Below are positions 34,064-42,239 of a stretch of DNA of 45,827 nt, piece by piece (position 1 is the first letter of the stretch; each line of letters begins with the position of its first letter). Location of the stretch: assembly GCA_964514465.1 (NCBI GenBank), contig CAZERQ010000004.1:1-45827 (forward strand). The letters run 5' to 3'. Both the position numbers and the translations under genes were made by a program. This stretch comes from an uncultured Acidimicrobiales bacterium. Lineage in GTDB: Bacteria; Actinomycetota; Acidimicrobiia; Acidimicrobiales; Hopanoidiivorantaceae. The notes under the pieces were generated by a model. The model worked only from the letters and a program-made list of their open reading frames with translations. It did not search any database and had not been told where the DNA came from.

Positions 34064-36712
34064 TCACTTTTGCGCCGGGCCAGCCAACTGCGCCAGCGCG
34101 GTCTGTCGGGCCAGCTCCACCGCCTCGTCCAGCTTGGATGCATCCTTGCCTCCGCCTGCGGCCAGTTTGTCGTTCTGCGCTCCCCCACCTTTGACCAGCT
34201 TGAGCGGCTCGGCCAGGATGTCGGATGCGTGCAGGCCGTGCCCCGGCTCCACCGCCGACACCAGCGCCACCCCGCCGCCTTCGGGAGCCGCGCCCAGGAT
34301 GACGGCTTTGATGCCCGCGGCGTTTGCGCCGTCCGCGCCCGCGGCCAGCACCGACAAAGCCAGGTCGCGCAGTTGCCCCCGGTCAACCCCCGACACAACC
34401 TGTGCCACCACTCCGTCGGTCGCGGCCCCGGCCAGCTCGTCCGTCTGCGACAGGGCGTCTTGTTGGCGCGCCGCCGCCAGCTCGCCACGCGCCGCCTTGA
34501 GCTCGTCTTTTTGCTTGAGGATGCTCTTCTCCAGATCCTCCACCGAGGAACCCAGCGCTCCCGCCGCGCCCTGCAGCCTCCCCTCGGCCTGGCGCAGCCG
34601 CTGCATCACTCCGTCTCCGCAGATGCCCTCGACCCGGCGGATGTTGGCGCCGATGGAGCTCTCTGAGACGATCTTCAAAAGGCCGATGTCGCCGGTGGCA
34701 TGCACGTGGGTTCCGCCGCACAGCTCAAGCGAGTTGCTGCCGGCTTCCAGCACCAGCACGCGGTCGCCGTATTTGTCGCCGAAGAACGACAGCGCGCCCA
34801 TCTGCTTGGCCTCGTCATAGGACTTCTCAAAGTGCCTGACCGGTTCGTTGTCCAGGATGTTGCGGTTGATCAGATCCTCGATGGCGCCGATCTCTTCGGG
34901 GGTGAGCGCCTGGAAGTGGGAGAAGTCAAAGCGCAGGTGGTCGTGGCCCACGAAGGAGCCCTGCTGGGTGATGTGGTCGCCGATGACCTCGCGCAGTGCC
35001 CAATGCAACAGGTGGGTGCCGGTGTGGTGGCGGCGGATGGCTTCGCGGCGCTGGGTGTCGATCTCGGCCAGCACTTCGTCGCCTGGCTGGAAGGGGGCGC
35101 GCTCGGCGGTGTGGTGCAGGTGCAGGCCGGGCAGCACGAAGGTGGTGTCGGTGATTTGGACGGAGGGTTGGCCGGCGCCGCCGGTCAACGTCAGGCTGCC
35201 GGTGTCGCCCACCTGTCCGCCGGACTCGGCATAGAACGGTGTGCGGTCCAAAATCACCCCCGCATCGCTCACCAACAGCACCTTGGCAAGGGCCGGCTCA
35301 ACCGGTCGGAAGCGCCCGATGAAATCGGTGGGGCCCCGCTCGGCCAGCAGCGCGGTCGCCGCCTCCAGGTCGGAACCACCGAGCTGTCCGTCCCCTCCAA
35401 GCTGGCTGGCCTGGCGCTCCTGTCGATCCTGTCGGGCACGCTCTCGCTGTCGGGTCATCTCCTGGTCATATCCGTCCCAGTCCAGCGCGAAGCCCTGCTC
35501 GGTCAGCACCTCCTCCACCAGCTCCACCGGGAAGCCATAGGTGTCGTGGAACATGAACGCTTGCGTGCCGCTGAGCTTTTCGCCAGGCGCAAGCTGTGCC
35601 ATCTGCTCGCCCAGCAAGTCCATGCCCTTGGAGATGGTCTGGCGGAAGCGCTCCTCCTCGCGGGCCACCACGTCTCGCACATAGATGTGGTTCTTGGCGA
35701 GGTCGGGATAGTCGGCGCCCATGATGGCGACCACCTCGTCAACCAGCTCGGGGCAGACCAGATCCTGTGTGCCCAGCAGGTGGGCATGGCGGATGGCCCG
35801 GCGCATGATGCGGCGCAAAACATAGCCCCGATCCTCGTTGGACGGGAACACGCCGTCGGAGATCAGCAGGGTCATGGTGCGGGCGTGCTCGGCCAGGATG
35901 CGCAGCCAGATGTCGGAGGTGTCGTCCTTGCCGTAGGGCGTCTGGGTTGCCTCGGCGGCCTTGTCCAGCAGGCGGGCCATCTCGTCAATCTCGAACACCG
36001 AGCCGACCCCCTGGAGCAGCGCCAGCAGACGTTCCAGCCCGGCGCCGGTGTCGATGCTGGGGTTGGGCAGCTTGGTCTGGCCGTCGGGGGTCTGGGAGAA
36101 CTGCATGAACACCAGGTTCCAGAACTCGACATAGCGGCGGTCGTTGCCGGCGGCCGGGCCTCCCGCTGAGCCGAACTGGTCGCCCTTGTCGAAATAGAGC
36201 TCGGAGCAGGGGCCGCAGGGGCCGACTTCGCCCATGCGCCAATAGTTGTCTTCGTCCATTTTTTGGATGCGTTCGGGCGGGAGCTTGGCGATGTCGAGCC
36301 AGAGCTGTTCGGCTTCTGAGTCTGAGGTGTGGACGGTGACCCAGATGCGCTCGGGGTCAAAGCCCAGGACTTCGGTGCTGAACTGCCAGCCCCACTCGAT
36401 GGCTTCGGGTTTGAAATAGTCACCGAAGCTGAAGTTGCCCAGCATCTCAAAGAAGGTCAGGTGGTGGGCGGTGTGGCCGACTTCGCTGAGGTCGTTGTGC
36501 TTGCCGCCGGCGCGGACGCATTTTTGGACGCTGACGGCGCGGGGGTGGGGCGGTGGTTCCTCGCCCAGGAAATATGACTTGAACGGCACCATGCCGGCCA
36601 CGGTGAACAGCAGGGACGGGTCGTGAGGGACTAGGCTGGCCGAGCGGACGTGGGTGTGCTGTCGGGCCTCAAAGAACTGGACGAATTCCTGGCGGAGCTG
36701 GCTGGCTTTCAT
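34064..36712 (-). CDS. alaS: Alanine--tRNA ligase
   Basis: N-terminus MKASQLRQEFVQFFEARQHTHV, class II core FEMLGNFSFGDYFK, editing-domain HTGTHLLHWAL and CGGTHVHATGDIG, and a C-terminal DHHA1-like domain. The ATG at 36712 fits the family N-terminus better than the GTG at 36757. Confidence 0.95.
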   Translation of the reverse strand: MKASQLRQEFVQFFEARQHTHVRSASLVPHDPSLLFTVAGMVPFKSYFLGEEPPPHPRAVSVQKCVRAGGKHNDLSEVGHTAHHLTFFEMLGNFSFGDYFKPEAIEWGWQFSTEVLGFDPERIWVTVHTSDSEAEQLWLDIAKLPPERIQKMDEDNYWRMGEVGPCGPCSELYFDKGDQFGSAGGPAAGNDRRYVEFWNLVFMQFSQTPDGQTKLPNPSIDTGAGLERLLALLQGVGSVFEIDEMARLLDKAAEATQTPYGKDDTSDIWLRILAEHARTMTLLISDGVFPSNEDRGYVLRRIMRRAIRHAHLLGTQDLVCPELVDEVVAIMGADYPDLAKNHIYVRDVVAREEERFRQTISKGMDLLGEQMAQLAPGEKLSGTQAFMFHDTYGFPVELVEEVLTEQGFALDWDGYDQEMTRQRERARQDRQERQASQLGGDGQLGGSDLEAATALLAERGPTDFIGRFRPVEPALAKVLLVSDAGVILDRTPFYAESGGQVGDTGSLTLTGGAGQPSVQITDTTFVLPGLHLHHTAERAPFQPGDEVLAEIDTQRREAIRRHHTGTHLLHWALREVIGDHITQQGSFVGHDHLRFDFSHFQALTPEEIGAIEDLINRNILDNEPVRHFEKSYDEAKQMGALSFFGDKYGDRVLVLEAGSNSLELCGGTHVHATGDIGLLKIVSESSIGANIRRVEGICGDGVMQRLRQAEGRLQGAAGALGSSVEDLEKSILKQKDELKAARGELAAARQQDALSQTDELAGAATDGVVAQVVSGVDRGQLRDLALSVLAAGADGANAAGIKAVILGAAPEGGGVALVSAVEPGHGLHASDILAEPLKLVKGGGAQNDKLAAGGGKDASKLDEAVELARQTALAQLAGPAQK

Positions 36713-36758
36713 TGGGGTTAAGTCTAGTTTGGTTTGGGCGCGGTGCTGCGGTGGCACT

Positions 36759-36764
36759 TATAAT
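36759..36764 (+). promoter_or_regulatory. Consensus -10 hexamer TATAAT, compatible with a leaderless transcript starting at the 36772 ATG
   Basis: cactTATAATatatggcATG: a perfect TATAAT with 7 nt to the ATG. Leaderless mRNAs are common in Actinobacteria. Confidence 0.4.
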
Positions 36765-36771
36765 ATATGGC

Positions 36772-37755
36772 ATGCCCCCGTCCGCCGCGCCGCCGCCCGA
36801 CTCCCCCGCGTCCGCCGCGCCCAACCGGGTGCTGCACAACTTCGGCAGCCGTGTCATCGCCCAGATCGCTCCCCGATTTCCCCAGGTTGAATTCACCGAA
36901 ATACCCACCGAGGGCGAGCTGCCACCCGACCTGTCAGGCAACATCTTGGTGACATCAACTTTGGGCTCGCCCAACCTGCGCCATGTGCTGACCCGGGGCA
37001 TCCAATGGATACACGTGCTGGGCACCGGGGTCGACCGCTTCCCGCTGGATCTGCTCGGCCGCCAGACGCTGACCTGCTCGCGGGGCGCCAGCGCCATTCC
37101 CATCTCGGAGTGGGTGCTGGCTCACCTGCTGGCGTTCGAGAAAAACCTGCCCGATGTCTGGCTCAAAAAGCAGCCCGAGCGGTGGTTTTTCCCCGAGCGA
37201 AATGCCGGGCTGTTGCACGGGCGAAGCCTGGCGATTGTGGGGTTGGGTGCGATTGCGATTGAGACGGCCCGGCGGGCGCTGGCGTTCGGCATGCGGGTTT
37301 CGGCCTTTCGGCGCACCGACAAGCCGGCTCCGCTGGACGAGATCCGGGTGGTCGGTTCTGTGGCGGAGCTGGTGGGCGATGCCGACAATGTGCTGCTGGC
37401 TTGCTCGCTGACTGAGCAGACCCGGGGGCTGGCCGACGATGCGTTTTTTGAGGGCTGCCGGGAGGGTGTGCATTTCTTGAATGTGGCGCGTGGGGAGCTG
37501 GTGGATGAGGCGGCGCTGCGGCGGGCGCTGGACGGCGGGAAGGTTGCCCGGGCTTCGCTTGACACCGCCAGCGGTGAGCCGTTGGGGAAGAAGCATTGGA
37601 TGTATGGCCACCCGCAGGTTCGCCTGACGCCGCACATATCCTGGAGCGAGCCCGATGCGCTGGCCCGGGTGTATCAGGATTTCGAGGACAATCTGGGGAG
37701 GTGGCTGGAGGGCCAGCCGCTGAAGGGCGTGGTTGATGCTGAGGCTGGGTATTAG
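36772..37755 (+). CDS. D-isomer-specific 2-hydroxyacid dehydrogenase family, NAD-binding
   Basis: LAIVGLGAIAIETARRALAFGMRV (Rossmann motif), LLACSLTEQTRGL, FLNVARGELVDEAAL, LD...EPL and LTPHISW (catalytic His). The ATG at 36772 is probably leaderless. An alternative GTG lies at 36829. Confidence 0.8.
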   Translation: MPPSAAPPPDSPASAAPNRVLHNFGSRVIAQIAPRFPQVEFTEIPTEGELPPDLSGNILVTSTLGSPNLRHVLTRGIQWIHVLGTGVDRFPLDLLGRQTLTCSRGASAIPISEWVLAHLLAFEKNLPDVWLKKQPERWFFPERNAGLLHGRSLAIVGLGAIAIETARRALAFGMRVSAFRRTDKPAPLDEIRVVGSVAELVGDADNVLLACSLTEQTRGLADDAFFEGCREGVHFLNVARGELVDEAALRRALDGGKVARASLDTASGEPLGKKHWMYGHPQVRLTPHISWSEPDALARVYQDFEDNLGRWLEGQPLKGVVDAEAGY

Positions 37756-37780
37756 GGGTTGCTGGGGTTTGGGGCAGGGG
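37755..37780 (+). other. Canonical G-quadruplex motif G4-N5-G4-N3-G4-N2-G4
   Basis: GGGGttgctGGGGtttGGGGcaGGGG begins in the stop codon of the 2-hydroxyacid dehydrogenase gene, at the boundary to the low-GC islet. It is also embedded in a GGGTTGC...GCAACCC inverted repeat (37756-37791). Confidence 0.6.
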
Positions 37781-37810
37781 TTTGGCAACCCGTCACACAC
37801 GCTTCGGTGA

Positions 37811-38209
37811 TTAGCGTTTGGGGAACGGAAATCCGTCCTTGTATTTTTCCGCCCACATCTCTCCATGCTCCCAGATGCCAGGGAAAAGTGTTTTGTCTGG
37901 ATCAACATCTTCCAGGGTTTCTTCGACATTGCAGACGATGTGCGCGAACTTCTGGTTTTTGAACGGATCAAGCAGCATTGTGCACACATAGACGCCCTTC
38001 GGTGTCTTCAAGGACATCCCGTCCCCGCAGACGATATAGGTCTTGCCGTTCTCGCGAATCACCTCCTCGCCGGGTGTGAACCATCCGTGCTCCTCTATCC
38101 AGTTGAAATACGCCTCAACTGAATTGAATTTGTGCTTGCCGTCGCATATTGTCATACGTATTAATATATTGTGCAAGTTTATATATGCGCAAGTTCGCCT
38201 GATGCCCAT
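37811..38209 (-). CDS. Hypothetical protein in a low-GC islet
   Basis: 132-aa ORF with AGGAAAG 7 nt upstream of the ATG at 38209; an alternative ATG lies at 38155 (MTICDGKHKF). GC is far below the flanks. No family recognised. Confidence 0.45.
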   Translation of the reverse strand: MGIRRTCAYINLHNILIRMTICDGKHKFNSVEAYFNWIEEHGWFTPGEEVIRENGKTYIVCGDGMSLKTPKGVYVCTMLLDPFKNQKFAHIVCNVEETLEDVDPDKTLFPGIWEHGEMWAEKYKDGFPFPKR

Positions 38210-38305
38210 TTACCGCTTTCCTGGGCCCACATTCATAGGCTTTTGACTGCCTGCACAAAGTGCTGATTCCGATTTTCCATCCCTAAACCTTAACTCTAAT
38301 GTTTA

Positions 38306-38335
38306 ACGTTAACCTTGATCCCTGACGTTAACCTT
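38306..38335. repeat. Direct repeat ACGTTAACCTT x2 (19-bp period) in a low-GC spacer
   Basis: ACGTTAACCTT at 38306-38316 and 38325-38335, plus a related AAACCTTAAC at 38285-38294. Each copy contains the GTTAAC palindrome. Confidence 0.6.
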
Positions 38336-38434
38336 TAGGTTTAGTGCATGCTCACAACTTTTGCGCAAGCCAGGAAACTTTGGAGCTAGCCTGACAGCCG
38401 GGGGTCATCCAACATCAGCGCGGGCGCGCCAATT

Positions 38435-39178
38435 TCAGCGCCGGGGATGTCCCGCCCAGCCGCCACCGTCGATGATGTATTCTCCCCCGCTTTGGAAACT
38501 GGAATCGTCCGACGCCAAATACAGTGCCAGCTGCGCCACCTCCTCGGCCGTGCCCGAGCGACCCAGCGGCAGATGCGCAAAGGCACCCGGGGTGGCGCGC
38601 ACCCGCTCGGGCAGCATCTCGGTGTCGATCGGGCCGGGGTGGATGGAGTTCACCCGAATGCCCCGCTCCCCCAGCTCCAGCGCGGCGACTTTGGTGAGGC
38701 CCCTGACCGCCCATTTGCTCATCCCATAGGCAGCGTGCCCGTGGATGCCGGTCATTCCCGCCACCGATGAGATGTTGACGATGGAGCCGCCGCCGTTCTG
38801 CGCCATCGGTTCAAGCACCGACTGGATGCCGAGCAGGCAGCCAAGTGCGTTGACGGAATACATCCTGAGGGCGTCGTCTGGTTGTTCCTCTGGGATGGGG
38901 CGCACCCAGTGGATGCCCGCATTGTTGACCAGCACATTCAGCGGGCCGAGGGAGCTGGCGTGCTTGACGGCTGTGATCCAGTGCTGCGGGTCGGACACGT
39001 CCAGGTGGGTGTAGATGGCTTGGTCGCCCAGCTCATCGGCGAGCTGCTTGCCCGGCTCGTCCAGTATGTCGCCCAGCACGACCCGGGCGCCTTGGCTGAC
39101 GAACAGGCGGGCTTCGGCTGCGCCCTGGCCCCGGGCGGCTCCGGTTATGATGGCGGTTTTGCCGGTCAGTCTTGACAT
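38435..39178 (-). CDS. Short-chain dehydrogenase/reductase (classical SDR, hydroxysteroid/3-oxoacyl reductase-like)
   Basis: AIITGAARGQGAAEARLF, NNAG, SSVAG, catalytic YGMSKWAVRG and IHPGPIDT. Confidence 0.88.
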   Translation of the reverse strand: MSRLTGKTAIITGAARGQGAAEARLFVSQGARVVLGDILDEPGKQLADELGDQAIYTHLDVSDPQHWITAVKHASSLGPLNVLVNNAGIHWVRPIPEEQPDDALRMYSVNALGCLLGIQSVLEPMAQNGGGSIVNISSVAGMTGIHGHAAYGMSKWAVRGLTKVAALELGERGIRVNSIHPGPIDTEMLPERVRATPGAFAHLPLGRSGTAEEVAQLALYLASDDSSFQSGGEYIIDGGGWAGHPRR

Positions 39179-39254
39179 GGTTATGAGATTAGCAGGTTAT
39201 GAGGTTAGAAGGGTTGTCGGAACGGAGCGTGCCTCAGGTGGGGGAACCTGTCTT

Positions 39255-39710
39255 ATGGAATCTGTCCTGTCAAATAGGGAAAAAATGGCAACAGACAAAT
39301 GCTGCGCTACACTGCAAATTGTGAAGCGCTACTTCGTCTCAACCGATCTCCCCGCTGAGATGGCAGATCCGCTGTATCTGACGCCCGCTCGTCCGCTCGC
39401 CCAGTTCTGTGTCGGTTGGAACAGACACCCGCACGCTCGCCAAGAGATGATCGCAAATAAGCCGGCGTGCGACAGCGAAACATTGGCTTCCATCGCAGTT
39501 GTCATTCACGCGCTTTGCGACAGAGACGGAGTTGCGCCGCCGAACTGGGTGCTGTCGGCGAAGGCGGCGGAGCCCAGGCTCCTGGACGGCCCGTCTGTGA
39601 ATAACAAATTCGGGGAATGCGTCAAAGAGGAGTCGCCAAAGGTTTGTTTTCAGCACGATGTTTATTTCACATCCTGCATGCTCGACAAAGGGCTTGCTAT
39701 AGCCACATAG
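39255..39710 (+). CDS. Hypothetical protein, upstream partner of the nucleotidyltransferase gene
   Basis: Low-GC ORF ending 12 nt before the NTase gene. ATG at 39255 (SD-like AGGTGGGGGA 9 nt upstream) or ATG at 39285 (AGGGA 4 nt upstream). The 39015-39254 part of the track ORF is antisense to the SDR gene and is discarded. No family recognised. Confidence 0.5.
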   Translation: MESVLSNREKMATDKCCATLQIVKRYFVSTDLPAEMADPLYLTPARPLAQFCVGWNRHPHARQEMIANKPACDSETLASIAVVIHALCDRDGVAPPNWVLSAKAAEPRLLDGPSVNNKFGECVKEESPKVCFQHDVYFTSCMLDKGLAIAT

Positions 39711-39722
39711 CCAGGGCGAGCC

Positions 39723-40262
39723 GTGCTTTCACTTGACGAACAGGATATCAGACGACTGCTGGATGAGCTGGACAACGAAATCAATCCTGAATTGCTCGGA
39801 GCGGGCAGGGTTGAATTCGTTCTTGTCGGGGGTGGCGCGCTAGCTCTTGGGTGGAACTTCAGGGGCACCAACGACTTGGACTTCATCAATGATGACCTGC
39901 CCCCTGAGATAAGGCGCGCTATCGCTGCGGTCGGAGAACGCAATGGTCTTGAACATGATTGGATGAACGACGGGGCAAAAGCCAAAAAACCAGATCATCG
40001 CAATATTTCATTTAAGATGAGCCCGCTGTTTGAAGGGAACAATATTTTAGTCTTGATGCCCTCCGCTGAATATTTGCTTTGCATGAAGCTGTTTTCGTCC
40101 CGCAATATTGATCTAAAAGACTGCGCTTTTCTCATCACGCAGACGGAATTTACCACACTGGAAGAACTGTTGGAATTATTGGAGAAGGGCTACCCCACTT
40201 TTACGATACCGACTAGATGCCAATATTTTGCCCAAGCAGTTTTGGAGCAAGCCAACCTCTAA
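39723..40262 (+). CDS. Minimal Pol-beta-fold nucleotidyltransferase (AbiEii/DUF6036-like candidate toxin)
   Basis: VLVGGGALALGWNFRGTNDLDFI fits the NTase-fold signature hG[GS]-x9-13-Dh[DE]h. 179 aa. GTG start 6 nt after AGGG, and tightly coupled to the upstream ORF. Confidence 0.6.
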   Translation: MLSLDEQDIRRLLDELDNEINPELLGAGRVEFVLVGGGALALGWNFRGTNDLDFINDDLPPEIRRAIAAVGERNGLEHDWMNDGAKAKKPDHRNISFKMSPLFEGNNILVLMPSAEYLLCMKLFSSRNIDLKDCAFLITQTEFTTLEELLELLEKGYPTFTIPTRCQYFAQAVLEQANL

Positions 40263-40444
40263 ACTGCATGCCCGTTTGTGTTCGGGCCAACCATCGCGCC
40301 GCATTGCTCTTGTGTTGCGCTGCCCCGCATGAGCCATTATTTTGGCCGCCACTTTGACTCCCAGTTCGGGTGGTGTTCTGCGGGCCCGTTTTTGGCCGAA
40401 AAAAATAATTTTGAGAAATTTGGCAAATTTTGGCTGATTTTGCA

Positions 40445-41134
40445 ATGTCGTGTGGTATTAGTTTTAATATGACCAATACCAACATTGCACAAATCGAAAA
40501 ACCAGCCCAGATGGATCCGACCGGATCAGGACCGAACAGACCCGGCCCCGCCGCGCCCGGCGGTCGCCCTCGCATCGGCCAGACCAGACCCGCCCCCACC
40601 AGACCCGGCGGCCGACCCCGCATCGGCCAAGCCAGACCCGCGCCAGCCCGACCAGCCCACCCACGCATCGGCCAAGCCAGACCCGCCCCCGCCAGAGCCA
40701 AACCGGAGATCCTCAACTTCCGAACATGGGAAGACCCGGTGGCCGACCCATTCGGGCACGACCCCTGCTCGCAATATGTCGAACTCTACTGGTTGCCCAT
40801 CCTCGGGCCCACCGCCATCTTCTTACTGCGGCGCCTCAACATCATCCTCCAACAGAACTCCGGCAGCTTCAGCATCCCCCGACAGCACCTCGCCCACGAA
40901 CTCGGAATATCCCAATGGCACGGCCCCAACTCAACATTCGGTCGGGCACTCGGCCGCTGCTGCGACTTCTCCATGTTCCACCCCCAACAAGGCGACCTGA
41001 TATATGTGCGCCAGCGCATACCCAGCCTCCCTAAACGCCTGTCGCGCCGCCTGCCGGAACGGGTCAGGGAGCTTTATGCCACCTCTCATGGTAGAGCCGC
41101 CGGACGGCCAGCACCTGGTTCAGCTCCTGCTTGA
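40445..41134 (+). CDS. Hypothetical protein with a 16-aa x3 Pro/Arg repeat and a conserved-looking C-terminal domain
   Basis: First ATG at 40445 (alternatives: TTG 40430, ATG 40469). PGGRPRIGQ(T/A)RPAP(T/A)R x3 is encoded by the 48-bp repeat. The C-terminal domain YVELYWLPILGPTAIFLLRRL...LAHELGIS looks winged-helix-like. No family assigned. Confidence 0.55.
   Translation: MSCGISFNMTNTNIAQIEKPAQMDPTGSGPNRPGPAAPGGRPRIGQTRPAPTRPGGRPRIGQARPAPARPAHPRIGQARPAPARAKPEILNFRTWEDPVADPFGHDPCSQYVELYWLPILGPTAIFLLRRLNIILQQNSGSFSIPRQHLAHELGISQWHGPNSTFGRALGRCCDFSMFHPQQGDLIYVRQRIPSLPKRLSRRLPERVRELYATSHGRAAGRPAPGSAPA
40556..40699 (+). repeat. 48-bp tandem repeat x3 (coding, 16-aa Pro/Arg-rich units)
   Basis: Units 40556-40603, 40604-40651 and 40652-40699 share the core CGCATCGGCCA(G/A)(A/G)CCAGACCCGC. 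Confidence 0.85.
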
Positions 41135-42239
41135 TGTCGTCAAAGAAGCGGCGCTTGTAGGCGGCGTCGGTCAGCGATGACACCACGAATTGCAGGCCCG
41201 ACAGAGTGGCGATGAAACCGACCACGGCCAGCAGCTCCCAAGTCAGCACCAGCTCGTGGCCCAAAAAGTCCCAGCTTTCGATGACGTCTGCTTCGCCCTT
41301 GACCCAGGCTTCGATGGTGCGGCGGCGGACGGCCAGCAGACCAAAGACCATGAAGAACACGCCCATGATCGCGCCGGCCAGAACGAAGCGGACGAACTGG
41401 CTGACGAACAACAGCAGCTTGATGTTGAAGTTGGCGCGGGGAGACAGGGGGACGGACGGGGGCTCGGCGGACGAGGCGGGTTCGAAGGAATCGTCTTCGC
41501 CAATCAGCGCGGACATGGGCGAGCCGGCCGCCAACGCCTGCTCGGTGACGTCTCGCCACGAGTCGAACTTTCCCAACGTCTCTGATTCCTCGCCCACGTT
41601 GACCAGCAAGAATCCGCAGCTCACCAGCGCCAGCAGCCCGAGTATTATGCCATAGAACGACCCCGTGAAATCGTCGGCCACCTGCCACATCTCGTTGTTC
41701 AAAAACAAAAATGCCGTGAACAGCAACAGCAGCGGCAGCGAGCGCGCCACCAGACGGATCACCTGGGCCAGCTGTCGGAACATGAACTTGAGCGACCAGC
41801 CCAACATGGACACAAGCCCGAAGCTGACCAACGCATAGCCGGCGACCAGGATCACGAGGTTGGCTGCCGCGATGCTGGCGAATGTGGTCAGCAGGCTTTC
41901 CGGTGTGGTGATCATCGACAGCAGCGCCGGCACCAGCACCACCGCGGCCATCTCCCAGTAGCCGACTGAGTTGGGCAGCTGGAACCAGCGGCGGCCGCGC
42001 AGACGGTTGATCAGCACCGCGGCCGCCAGGACGACCAGCAAAAACAGCGTGAAGACCGCGGCCTGGGCCCAGCCGCTGAACCGGTCACCGAACGCCAGCG
42101 ACAGCTCCAGCAAAAGCACCGCCACCAGCAGCGGGAGCATGCGGGTGAATACGTCTTCGCGGGCGGAGTAGTCCTCGATCAGGCGGGGCAGGCCTTGCTT
42201 GAGGAACCAGCGTTCGGTGGCGCGGCGGGGGTCGCTCAT
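41064..42239 (-). CDS. Polytopic integral membrane protein, function unknown
   Basis: At least 7 hydrophobic helices (LLVAVLLLELSLAF, AAVFTLFLLVVLAAAVLI, AAVVLVPALLSMI, ...). The start overlaps the gpsA stop (ATGA, 42236-42239), implying co-transcription. Confidence 0.7.
   Translation of the reverse strand: MSDPRRATERWFLKQGLPRLIEDYSAREDVFTRMLPLLVAVLLLELSLAFGDRFSGWAQAAVFTLFLLVVLAAAVLINRLRGRRWFQLPNSVGYWEMAAVVLVPALLSMITTPESLLTTFASIAAANLVILVAGYALVSFGLVSMLGWSLKFMFRQLAQVIRLVARSLPLLLLFTAFLFLNNEMWQVADDFTGSFYGIILGLLALVSCGFLLVNVGEESETLGKFDSWRDVTEQALAAGSPMSALIGEDDSFEPASSAEPPSVPLSPRANFNIKLLLFVSQFVRFVLAGAIMGVFFMVFGLLAVRRRTIEAWVKGEADVIESWDFLGHELVLTWELLAVVGFIATLSGLQFVVSSLTDAAYKRRFFDDIKQELNQVLAVRRLYHERWHKAP

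Noticed and set aside
33500-36169. Long plus-strand ORFs (388 aa, 299 aa, 489 aa) across ruvX/alaS
   Set aside because: They are antisense to alaS and ruvX, which are identified by unambiguous family motifs.
36955-37989. 344-aa minus-strand ORF opposite the 2-hydroxyacid dehydrogenase gene
   Set aside because: Antisense to a gene with Rossmann and catalytic His motifs. It also runs across the GC boundary, which is implausible for a real gene.
39179-39210. 16-bp direct repeat GGTTATGAG(A/G)TTAG(C/A)A x2 abutting the SDR start codon
   Set aside because: Seen in the sequence, but there are just two copies, the role is unclear and I saw no SD. It was kept out of the findings as too weak on its own.
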